Source: an uncultured delta proteobacterium (GTDB lineage: Bacteria > Myxococcota > Myxococcia > Myxococcales > Anaeromyxobacteraceae). From it: DNA of 64,000 bases. The stretch lies in contig CAVYBH010000002.1 of NCBI GenBank assembly GCA_963766715.1, positions 128,001 through 192,000 on the forward strand. The letters are read 5' to 3'. A model generated the notes under the pieces. The model did not search any database. It was not told where the DNA came from and saw nothing but the letters and a program-made list of their open reading frames with translations. Made by a program: the position numbers and the translations under genes. Below, in pieces: positions 42,201 through 54,039 of the stretch (position 1 is the first letter of the stretch; each line of letters starts with the position of its first letter).

Positions 42201-44947
42201 CTTCAGCACCGTGGGTAGCGGGCTCGCCCCGGTGCAGATCATCGTCTCCCGGCCGTACGGGAAGCCGATCGCGAACGGGTGCGAGATCCAGGAGCAGCCG
42301 GACAACCAGCTCGTGGTGAACGCGGGGGTCTTCAAGCCGGCCGAGGTCCAGGGCTCGCCGAATGCGCTCGCGACGTTCGCCATCGCCCCCGGCGAGTCCG
42401 TCCGGGTGACGCTCCGCACCTACCTCACGCCCGTCGAGGCCCGGAACCTCGCCACGCTGCTGGCGCCCAGGGTCGTGCCGCAGGGCAATCCGACGGCGCG
42501 ACGACCGGACTCATCGTCACCAGCCCCGGGAGCGACGAGACGGCCAAGGTCGGCAAGCCTAAGACCCTCGGCGCTGGTGGCCAGCGGTGGCACGGGAACC
42601 CGCACCTGGACCGTCGCCCCGGGCTCGAGCCTGCCGCCAGGCTTCGACGCGGCCGAGGTTGCAGGACCGCCACGCCCACGCTCGATGGAGTCCCGACGCA
42701 GGTCGTACCTTCAAGTTCACGCTGAAGGTGGTCGACACCGCGAATCCCCTCCCGAACCAGATGTTCAAGGACGTCTCGATGGTGGTCGAGAAGGGCTCCA
42801 CCACCGCGACGGTCGTGCCGCCTGGACCCACCGCGACCAGCCCCGTCTTCGGGCAGGCCGTGACCCTGACGGCCACCATCTCGCCGTCGCCCGGCGACCG
42901 GGGAGACGGTCACGTTCCTGGATGGCGCGACGAGCCTGGGAACGTCCACCCTCGCCGGCGGGACGGCGACGCTCGTCCTCCCGACGACCCTCTCGATCGG
43001 CGCGCACTCGTTCTCGGTCAGCTTCGCCGGGAACACGAGCTACACGGGAAGCATCTCCGCGGTCGTCCGTGGTCAGCGTGACTCCCGCCGACACGGAGGT
43101 GACGCTCACCTCGGGCGGCGCCACGACCTACGGCGGCGAGGCGACGTTCACCGCGGTGGTCAAGGCGAAGGCTCCCGGCAGCGGGACGCCTACCGGCCAG
43201 GTCGAGTTCCGCGAGGGCACGAAGGTCCTCCAGACCGTGACCCTGAACGCCGCCGGGGTGGCGGTCTTCAAGACCACGGCCCTCTCCGGCGGCTTGCACA
43301 CCGTCACGGCCGGCTACCTGGGCGACGGCAACTTCAAGTCCTCGGCGAGCACCGGCGTCGACCAGTCGGTCAGCAAGGTGTCGACGTCGCTCTCCGTGAC
43401 CCTCGATCCCGCCTCGCTCGTCTACGGCGTCCCCGTGCCCATCAAGGTGACGGCCGGGACGGTCTCCGGGGCGGCCACGCCGCCCACCGGTTCCGTCGAC
43501 TTCTTGGACGGGACGTCGTTCCTCGGATCGGATCCGTTCTCCGGTGGCTCTGCGATTCACGTGGCCACCGGCCTCGCGGCGGGCCTCCATGACCTGGGCG
43601 CATCGTACGTGGGCGACGCCAACTACTCCGCGCTCGCGCGGGTGAGCGCCCCGGTGAACATCGCCAAGGCCGGCGTGACCGTGAACGTCACGAGCCGGAA
43701 GAGCCCGTCGACCTTCGGCGAGACGCGTGACCTACCAGGCGCAGGTGACCTCCGGGACGCTCCTGCCCGTCGGCACGGTGACCTTCTATCGCGACGTCAG
43801 CACCTCCCTCGGCACCGCGACGATCGACGGGACCGGCTTCGCGACCCTCTCCAGCGCCGATGTTCCCGGGGGGACCCACCCGATCAGCGCCTACTTCGAG
43901 GGGTCGGCCAACTTCGCGGCCGCTCCCAGCCAGATCAGCTGGAACCAGGTGGTCAACACGATCCCGAGCGGAGCGGTCCTGGGCACGAGCCCGAATCCGT
44001 CCGGCCCGGGCGAGCCCGTCGTGCTGTCCTGCACGGTGACCTCGGCAGCCGGATCGCCCACCGGTACGGTCAGCTTCAAGGACGGCGCCACCGTCATCGG
44101 TCAGGCCACGACGCCGGCCTCCTCCGGCCCGGGGGTCGCGGTCTGGAGCCTGGCGGCGACCACGCTCGCGGGTGGCGTCCACTCGCTCACCTGCGAGTAC
44201 TCGGGCAACGGCAGCATCGACCCCAGCAAGTCGGCGGCCGTGACCCAGCTGGTCGGGCCGATCGCCACGCAGACTACGCTCACCGCCTCCGCCACGTCGA
44301 CCACGGTCGGACAGTCGGTGACGCTGAGGGCCGTGGTGGTCTCCGTGCCCTCCACCGGCGGGACGCCCACGGGCACCGTGACCTTCCTCGACGCGACGGC
44401 GACCGGAACGGCGATCCTCGGAAGCGCTCCCCTCTCTGCCGGAGCGGCCACGCTGCCGATCTCCTCGCTCCCGGCGGGAACCCACTCCATCACGGCGCGC
44501 TACGACGGGACCACGCTCTACGCCCCCAGCACGTCGAGCCCGGCGATCAGCCTGACGGTCGCCTTCAAGTTCACCGGCTACCTGTCGCCTCTCAAGACGG
44601 CGGGGACGCTCGACGCCCCGACCTACTCGGGGGCCCAGAACTTCGGCAGCGCCGTCCCGGTCAAGTGGACGCTGCAGGACGCCAGCGGAGCGTACCTCGG
44701 CGACCTGGCCACGACCACGTCCCTGGTGGCCTATCCCTACACCAGCAAGCTCTGTGGACCGGCGGCGGTGGTCAGCGGTCCGGTCGTCCTCTACAAGCCC
44801 ACCCAGGGCGCGACCGGCGGGAGCACCTTCCGGTTCGGGAGCAACACCTTCATCTTCAACTGGGACACGTCCAAGGGCGCGGCGAAGGGTTGCTTCAACG
44901 TCGTCTTGACGCTGAGTGACGGCACCGTGAAGGTCGCGACCATCTAA
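39262..44947 (+). CDS. Giant secreted/surface protein (~1,900 aa): BNR/Asp-box sialidase-like region, pentapeptide repeats, Ig-like repeats, PxKF-type C-terminus; more than 10 frameshifts
   Basis: Signal peptide ending AHA-Q; SYDGGQTW and SLDCGDTW Asp-boxes; ANLSN repeats; repeated PTGTVTFxDG...G.H.IT..Y.G units; C-terminal FTGYLSPL...AVPVKWTL...FNWDT. Coding-style sequence is continuous across shifting frames. Confidence 0.8.
41845..42129 (+). repeat. 15-bp coding tandem repeat (GCGAACCTSTCSAAC) encoding ANLSN pentapeptides
   Basis: 8 units (41845-41964), a 30-bp spacer, then 9 units (41995-42129). In frame with ORF 42157..44919. Confidence 0.95.
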
Positions 44948-45057
44948 GCTGCAGTAGCGGGCCGAAGCCGAAGCAAATAATCGCCTGCAAGGCGTGAACG
45001 GCGCGGCCCCCGCCGTTAGGTGACTCCCCGGCTCGTATCGGGGGGAACCGGGGGGCG

Positions 45058-47310
45058 ATGGCCAGGGACGATCAGGCTCGCGCGGAGCGCGAGGAGGCAC
45101 CGAAGGAGACGGTCCAACTCGTCCGCGAGGGCGAGGGCTCGTCCGCGCCGCCTCCTGCGCCGGCTGCCCCTGCGAAGCGGCTGTCGCTCGTCCACGAGAT
45201 CCGGCGCCGGCACCTGTTCCGGACCTCGACCGCCTACGTCGTCGGGTCTTTCGCCGCGCTGCAGGGCATCGACATCTTCCGGCAGGCCTTCGAGCTTCCG
45301 CACGTCATCCTCACCACCGCGGCCGTCGTGGCGGGCGTCGGCTTCCCCTTCAACGTCTTCCTGGCCTGGCAGGCCTACGACAACGACGGCGACGTCTGGT
45401 CCACCTTCGCCCGGAAGCTGCCCCGGCCCACCTGGATCCTGGTGGGCGTCCTCATCCTCGTCGCCGGCGGGGTGGTCTCCTGGAAGGTCTGGGGGATGAA
45501 GCATCCCCCGCCCAGGGCGCAGACGGTGCTGGTCGCGGACCTCGAGAACACGACGGGGGAGGGGGTCTTCGACGGCACGCTCGAGCCGGCCCTGGGACTC
45601 GCCATGGAGGGCGCGAGCTTCATCACCACCTACCGGCGAGAGGCGGCCCGGAAGATCGCGAACGACCTGAAGCTGGAGGGAACGAACCTCGACGAGAAGC
45701 GGGCCCGCCTGGTCGCGCAGCGGGAGGGCGTGGGGGTCGTCACCGCCGGCTCGATCCAGAAGAGCGACGGGGGCTACCGGGTCTCGATCCGGGCGCTCGA
45801 CGCCTTCACCGGGAAGGAACTGGTCGCCGCCACCGAGGAGGTGAAGAGCAAGGACGCCGCGCTCTCCGCGGCCACCAAGCTCGCCGCCAAGGTCCGCGCC
45901 GCCCTGGGCGACGCCACGCCCGAGGCCGACCAGATGAAGGAGGCCGAGACCTTCAGCTCCACCTCGCTGGACGCCGCGCACGAGTACGCCGAGGGGATGC
46001 GCGTCGTCGAGGAGGGCAAGAACGACGACGCCCTGCGCCACTTCCAGGAGGCCGTGAGGCTGGATCCGGGAATGGGGCGGGCCTGGTCGGGTCTCGCGGT
46101 GGTCGAGCAGAACCGCGGCCGCCGCGCCGAGGCCGATCGCTACTTCCAGAAGGCCATGGCCCACCTCGACCGGATGAGCGAGCGCGAGAAGCTTCGCAGC
46201 CGGAGCGTCTACTACCTGTTCCAGTCCGACGTGGACAAGGCCATCGAGGTCCTGACCCCGCTCGTCCAGAAGTTCCCGGCCGACAACGCCGGCCACGCCA
46301 ACCTCGGCGTCGCCTACCAGCTGAAGCGCGACTTCCCGAAGGCGCTCGCCTCGGGACGAAAGGCCATCGAGATCTACCCGAGGAAGGTCGCGCAGCGGAA
46401 CAACGTCGGGCTCTTCGCGATGTACGCCGGCGACTTCGACGTCGCCATCCAGGAGCAGAAGAAGGTCCTCGAGATCAACCCCCGCTTCCAGAAGGGGTAC
46501 GTCGGGCTGGCGCTCGCACAGTACGCCTCGGGCAAGCGGGACGACGCCGTCGCCACCTGGGATCGCCTGGCCGCCCTCGACGCCGACGGGGCGTCCGATG
46601 CGGTCGAGGGGCTCGCCGACGTGGCCATCTACGAGTCGCGCACGGCCGACGCGCGCGCGCTCCTCGAGAAGGGCATCGAGGTCGACGCCCGGGAGAAGCG
46701 GGACGAGGAGCTGGCCCGCAAGCTGCTCATGCTCGGTTCCCTGCTCAACTCCTCGGGTCAGGGCGCGAAGGCCGTGGCGCTCGCCGACCGGGCGCGCAAG
46801 CTGACCGACACCGACCACGTGCAGTTCCAGGCCGGCATGGTCTACCTGGGCGCCGGGGACGAGAAGAAGGCCAAGGCCGTCGCCGAAGATCTGGAGAGGC
46901 GCATGGGCGCCGACCCGCGCATGTACGCGCTCCTGCTGCAGGGAGGGCTCGCCACCCGGAAGAAGAGCCACGCCGAGGCGGTCGCGAAGTTCAAGGCCGC
47001 CACCCAGCTGGTGGACGCCTGGCCGGCGCGCTACGGGCTGGGCCGAGCCTACTTCGAGGCCGGATCCTACTCGCATGCGCTGGAGGAATTCGAGAAGGTG
47101 GTGGCGCGGAAGGGGGAGGCCACCGACATCTTCCTCGACTTCGTGCCCACCTACCGCGTCCACGCGCTCGCGCAGTACCACCTGGCGCGGACCCAGGAGG
47201 CCCTGAAGAGCCCGGTGGCCGTGGAGAGCTTCAAGGCCTTCCTGGCGCCCAAGCGCGGGAGCGACGACCCGCTCGTCGCCGACGCGAAGAAGCGCGCCGG
47301 CGTGCCCTAG
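45058..47310 (+). CDS. Membrane-anchored TPR protein with TolB-N/FlgO-like alpha/beta domain
   Basis: EIRRRHLFR...AYVV...GFPFNVFLAW membrane module, a further TM helix, VLVADLENTTGEGVFDGTLE, then many TPR-like helical repeats. Intact 750-aa ORF. Confidence 0.85.
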   Translation: MARDDQARAEREEAPKETVQLVREGEGSSAPPPAPAAPAKRLSLVHEIRRRHLFRTSTAYVVGSFAALQGIDIFRQAFELPHVILTTAAVVAGVGFPFNVFLAWQAYDNDGDVWSTFARKLPRPTWILVGVLILVAGGVVSWKVWGMKHPPPRAQTVLVADLENTTGEGVFDGTLEPALGLAMEGASFITTYRREAARKIANDLKLEGTNLDEKRARLVAQREGVGVVTAGSIQKSDGGYRVSIRALDAFTGKELVAATEEVKSKDAALSAATKLAAKVRAALGDATPEADQMKEAETFSSTSLDAAHEYAEGMRVVEEGKNDDALRHFQEAVRLDPGMGRAWSGLAVVEQNRGRRAEADRYFQKAMAHLDRMSEREKLRSRSVYYLFQSDVDKAIEVLTPLVQKFPADNAGHANLGVAYQLKRDFPKALASGRKAIEIYPRKVAQRNNVGLFAMYAGDFDVAIQEQKKVLEINPRFQKGYVGLALAQYASGKRDDAVATWDRLAALDADGASDAVEGLADVAIYESRTADARALLEKGIEVDAREKRDEELARKLLMLGSLLNSSGQGAKAVALADRARKLTDTDHVQFQAGMVYLGAGDEKKAKAVAEDLERRMGADPRMYALLLQGGLATRKKSHAEAVAKFKAATQLVDAWPARYGLGRAYFEAGSYSHALEEFEKVVARKGEATDIFLDFVPTYRVHALAQYHLARTQEALKSPVAVESFKAFLAPKRGSDDPLVADAKKRAGVP

Positions 47311-47334
47311 CCGGGGCGGCTGCTGGCCGACCGC

Positions 47335-48496
47335 CTACTGCGGGGCGGACGCCGACTGCCCTGCGGCGTCATGGGCATCGAGCGCGGCATCCATGTCGTC
47401 GACGATGGCCTGCACGCTCTTCAGCTGGCCCACCGAGGTCTCCGGCAGGCGAACCAGGCTCTGGCCGGTGTAGTAGAGGCCGAGCACCTCGTCGCCCATG
47501 GCCACCGCGCGGAGCAGCGCGTCGGTGATGCAGAAGCTCTCCTGGAAGTTGCTCGCCCGGCACTTGCACAGCCCCTCGGCCAGGCACTCGATGCAGGCCT
47601 TCTTGCGCCCCATGAAGCCGGACGGGCCGAAGTACCAGGCCTTGGAGCGGGGCGGGAAGGACTTCCCGGCAGCCAGCCCCTCGGTGAACTCGTTGCGCAC
47701 CGCGCGCGCCTTCATGCCCTTCACGCAGCTGGTGATGATGGCGACGTCCTCCTCCTTCTTGCCGAGGTGGACCTGCTTGAAGGTCTGGTGGGCGTCGCCG
47801 TCGCTCGAGGCGATGAACCGGGTGGCCAGCTGCACGCCGGCCGCGCCCTGCGCGAAGTAGCGCCCCACGTCGGAGGCGTCCACGCCGCCGGCGGCGACCA
47901 CCGGGAGGGAGGTGGCCGCGCAGACCTCCTCGACCAGCGAGGGAAGGGGATGGCCGATGTCGCCGATGTGGCCGCCCGCCTCGGCGCCCTCGGCGACGAC
48001 CCACTCCGCGCCCCACTTCTCGTACATGGCGGCCAGCCGGCCGGAGGAGACGATCCCGGCGAACGGCGTGCCGGCCTCGCGGCACCAGCGCACGATGTCG
48101 CGCGAGATGCCGGCGCCCTGGACGATGAAGGAGACCCCCTCGTCGAGCGCGGTCCGGGCCGAGAGCTCGAAGTCGGACTTGTTGATGGCCGCCATCAGGT
48201 TGATGCCGACGAAGCCACCCGGCGCGACCGCCTTGGCGCGCTGGATCTCGGCGCGCAGGTGCTCGGGCGTCTTGATCACCGCCGAGAATCGTGCCCACGC
48301 CCACGAAGCGGCGCGACCGGACGGCCGCGACCTTTCCCGCCAGCCCGTCGGAGGCGTGGATGCCCATTCCGCCTTGCACCAGCAGCCGCTTGCCCGTGCC
48401 CAGGATCGCCCGGATGGTGGTGCGATCGAGCTTGGGCGCAGCCACCTTGGCGGTGGCGGGCTGGCTGACTTCGAGGTGCTCGGCAAGGGTCGGCAT
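47335..48496 (-). CDS. Nitronate monooxygenase/FabK superfamily flavoprotein (FabX/UfaA-like), frameshift near 48290
   Basis: VQGGMG, GINLM, QGAG, EGAEAGGHIG, VVAAGG, GVQLATRF and a C-terminal Cys cluster. Confidence 0.85.
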
Positions 48497-48648
48497 GTAC
48501 GCTCCAGGCGTGAGGCGCGGCGGAAGGGCTGAACCCTACCCGGGGCGTGTCATGTGAATGTCACGGAGAGCGACTCGGTTTCGCGCGGATGGCGCGGTGC
48601 GGCATGAACCGAGTGTTTACAGGGAGTAGCGGTCGATGAAGCGGTGCG

Positions 48649-50629
48649 TCACGGGCAGGAGAGCGTCGCCGGGGTGCAGACGTCGTGACGCTCCCGTGAT
48701 GCCGGACCCACCGTAGTCGACGGTCAGGCCGGCGGGCTGCTGGGACCAGTGGTTCGCGTCGATCAGGACGGCCGCCCCGTTGGAGTAGATCCCCACGGCC
48801 CCGGGGTCGTAACAGCCGAACGAGTTGTTGGACGGCGACCTCGCACCCACTCCCGCCTCGGAGGTCGAGACTGCCCGCACTCGCGGCGACCAGGACCTGA
48901 TCCCCCTTGTTGGAGAAGATGGAGTTGCCTTCGAGGGTGACCAGGGTCGGCATCGGAAAGGTGAAGACGAGCCCGCCGCCCCGACGGGTCGTTGAACCCA
49001 GGGTGTAGAGCTGGGTCGCGTCGTTCCCGGCGATCTCGTTCCCCCTGATCGTCACGGATGAGCTGGACGCGACCCCCGTCGCGAGGAGCCTGAAGGCCGA
49101 GTCGGTCGCGCCCCTCATCCGGGCCAGGCCGCGGCTGTTCTGGACCACGATCTCCAGGATCGCCCCGCCGACCGGTTGCGCGTGCACGTGCGTCCCGTTG
49201 TCCGCGTAGGGACAGGCGTCGCTGACCAGCGTTCCCCGCGCCACGTACACGGCGTCCCCGGCGTTCGAGGCGAAGGTGGTCCCGGTCGCGGAGAAGCTGG
49301 GCGCCGCCGCGCCCTGCGGCGCCGATGGAGACGCCCGTGCCGTTCCCCGTCACCGACCCGCCGGAGAGCGTGGTGGCCGCATCGGCCTCGGCCAGGATGC
49401 CCGTGGTCGCGCCCGAGACGGTCCCGCCGCTCATCGACACCGGGCAGTGGCCCGCGGCGTGGAGCCCGCTCGCGAAGCGCACCACCGGAGGTCCGGCCGC
49501 GCTCGCCGGAGATGACGATGCCGGAGAGCGACACCGGAGCCGTATCCGCCGGATTCGGGCAGCTCGTCTCGACCCCGGGGCCCGGTGGAGGCCGTGTTCC
49601 GGATCTCGAATCCGGTGACCGCCGACCCGGGAGCGAGGGTCACGAAGGCGCCGGTGAGCGCGGCGCCGGTCGTCACGGCGTAGTGGCCCGGATTCGGGGT
49701 CGCGTCGTCGGTGGTGAGCGTCACGCCCGGGCCGATGGTGATCGCTCCCGCCTCCGAGAAGACCACGACGCCTCCCGGGACCGCGGACGACCAGCCCGCG
49801 GCCCGGACGGTCGACCCGGGCCCGCGCGCGCCCGCGGCCGCCAGCGCGGGGCCGAGCAATCGGTAGCGGCAGGCGACGGGGGAGTCGAGCCCGGTGGGGC
49901 CAGGGGCGGTTCCGGCAGGCGACCCGCCCAGTGCGTCGGCGACGAAGGTCGGGCCGGGATTGGCAGGACAGGCGCAGGCGCCGCCGCTGCAGACGAGGCC
50001 GCCGGCGGCGCAGTCGGTACCGGGTTGCCAGGTGAGGCAGGACGACCCGGTCGCGACCGGCCTGCAGACCTCGACCTGGCCTCCACTGCGTGGCGCACCG
50101 GGCGGCGTCCAGGGTCGCGCAGGCATTCGCCACCGGGCAGGCACACGCCGTGCCTCCCGCCGCCTCCACGCACGAGGTCCCCGGGTCGCCGCACGGGGCC
50201 GAGCCGGCCTCGTACCAGCAGGCCTTGCCCGAGACCTCCTGGGCGCAGGTGACGACCTGGCCCGTCCCGCTGCAGAAGCTGGAGGTGGCCGCGCCGCAGC
50301 GGGTGGTGGCGCACTCGCAGGAGGCGGAGGCTCCGGCGGTCTGACACGCCTGGTGAGCGGGGCAGTCCTCGGCGACGGGCCCGGTCGAGCAGACGCCGCT
50401 CCCCGCCGTGCAGGTGACGAGCCGGCCCGCCGAGCACGAGGTGCCGGGGCGTGCATTCGCCCTCGGTCGTGTGTCCCGGGCAGGCGAGCGCTGCGGCCCC
50501 GCAGATCCCGTTGCTGCCGCAACCCTGGTCCGACGGGCACTCCAGGTCGGAGGCGCAGGGGGCCCCGGTGGTGGTCACGGTGCAGGCCGCGAGCAGGGCG
50601 AGGAGAGCGGTCGAGGCCAGACGGCGCAT
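48649..50629 (-). CDS. Cys-rich lipoprotein with C-terminal right-handed beta-helix region, several frameshifts
   Basis: Lipobox LAAC; dense Cys repeats (CASDLECPSDQGC...); then GGTVSGATTGI, GGSVTGNGTGV, GNEIAGN, GNSIFSN repeats. Probable stop after VCTPATLSCP. Confidence 0.7.
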
Positions 50630-50738
50630 CGGGGCCGCAGCGTACCAGAATCGGAGGGACGGACGCGCCGGCCTGCCGCCGTTTCCGGGCCGCGCGACGC
50701 GTCGACAGCGGGGCCGGGACGTGGTTTCCTCCCGCGCC

Positions 50739-52805
<2,067 letters not shown>

Positions 52806-52823
52806 GCTGACGTCCTCCCGGAA

Positions 52824-52853
52824 ATGACGAGGCCCCGCCTCTCGGCGGGGCCT
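52824..52853 (-). terminator. Terminator hairpin between convergent S9 peptidase and ferredoxin genes
   Basis: Perfect 10-bp stem AGGCCCCGCC/GGCGGGGCCT (52830-52853) with a 4-nt loop and a weak U-tract on the minus strand. Confidence 0.7.
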
Positions 52854-52881
52854 GGCTGCCTGCGGACGCCGGGAAGGAGGC

Positions 52882-53073
52882 TTAGGCCTTCACGATGCAG
52901 TCGGTCGGGCAGACGGCCATGCAGGCCGGCTCGCCGCCGTTGCTGGCGCACTCGTCGCACTTGGCGGCGTCGATCATGTAGGCGTCGTCGCCGGAGGAGA
53001 TGGCGCCGCTGGGGCACTCGGCCTCGCAGGCGCCACAGCTGGTGCAGTCATCGGTCACGATCGTATTGGCCAT
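52882..53073 (-). CDS. 2[4Fe-4S] ferredoxin (Alvin/FdxN/YfhL type)
   Basis: 63 aa with CTSCGACEAECP and CDECASNGGEPACMAVCP (Cx2Cx8Cx3CP). AGGAG RBS. Confidence 0.95.
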   Translation of the reverse strand: MANTIVTDDCTSCGACEAECPSGAISSGDDAYMIDAAKCDECASNGGEPACMAVCPTDCIVKA

Positions 53074-53129
53074 CGAAATTCTCCTGACTTGGGGTAGGGA
53101 AGGGACGAGAAGCGTTGCCCGCGCAGCTT

Positions 53130-53144
53130 GCACGTCTCGCGCCA
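53130..53144 (-). promoter_or_regulatory. Putative sigma54 promoter of the ferredoxin gene
   Basis: Minus strand reads TGGCGCG-AGAC-GTGC, with conserved GG and GC at exact spacing, 56 nt upstream of the ATG. Confidence 0.68.
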
Positions 53145-53541
53145 CGCCCTGCGAAAAAGGAATTGTCCTGTTCCCGCGAAGTTGGCGATCGGAGGGGGTT
53201 CCCGGGCTTGCGGGATCGAGCAGGAAATCCGCAAAGAATGCGTGGAAAAACAGGAGGTTTCCGGTCCTGATTCGATGCGTCGAGGGCCGCGCCGTCCGAA
53301 CGGCTCGCGAGTCCTGTCCCTCCAAGGCGAAGGGGGCTCTCGCCCCGGGGAGACGAAATGTTCGGACGGACCAACGTCGAGAAGGTCGAAGCCGCCCTCC
53401 TGCTGGGCCCTGCCGGAAACGACAGGCTCGCGGGCGAGGGGGACGCCTCCTGCGACCCGTTCTACCGGGCATGGCTCCGGGCGCAGCGCCGCGATCTCGC
53501 CCGCTCCATCCTCTCGTCCGGAGCCCGTGCGATCCTCCGGC

Positions 53542-53973
53542 ATGGGCGCCGCGCGCGGCTGGATCGCGTCGGGGGAGTGGGGGGAGACGGTCTGCGCCGA
53601 CCTCGACCTGCTCGCCTTCGACCACCAGATGTTCGAGATGCTGTCCCGGCGGGCGGCCGAGGCCGTGGCGGAATCCCGGGCCTTCTCCGAGGCCGCGGCC
53701 GCGCTGCGGCTCCTCGACGACTGCTGCCGGGTCCACCACGGCTTCGAGGAGATGCTGATGGAACTGCACGGCCACGCCGACCTCGCCTCGCACCGGGAGG
53801 CGCACCGGTCGATCCAGGCCCAGCTCAATCAGCTCCGCGCCGTCCACGCCCGGGGAGACCTGGCGTCCGCCCGCCAGGTCATCGCGGCCCTTCGCCACTG
53901 GACCGACGAGCACGCGGCCGGACCGGACCGGACGTTCGAGACGCTCCTGCTCGAGGCCCGCTCCTGGAAGTGA
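53542..53973 (+). CDS. Single-domain bacteriohemerythrin-like protein
   Basis: DHQ, HHGFEEMLM, HREAH, WTDEHAAGPD match the hemerythrin H/HxxxE/HxxxH/HxxxxD ligand pattern. Confidence 0.8.
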   Translation: MGAARGWIASGEWGETVCADLDLLAFDHQMFEMLSRRAAEAVAESRAFSEAAAALRLLDDCCRVHHGFEEMLMELHGHADLASHREAHRSIQAQLNQLRAVHARGDLASARQVIAALRHWTDEHAAGPDRTFETLLLEARSWK

Positions 53974-54039
53974 CGCTGGCGCCCCGGGTCGCCTCCCGGC
54001 TAGGTCTCCCCCGCGAGCGGGAGGGACAGGGGGAGCCAG

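Noticed and set aside
41793..42218. Listed ORFs with REPVE/QREPL (plus) and ERFAFDR (minus) repeats
   Set aside because: These are alternative frames of the ANLSN repeat. Base changes are silent only in the ANLSN frame.
53325..53345. Fluoride riboswitch (GGCGA...TCGCC)
   Set aside because: Lacks GGCGATGG and the downstream GCTGATG pseudoknot elements, and no fluoride-related gene follows.
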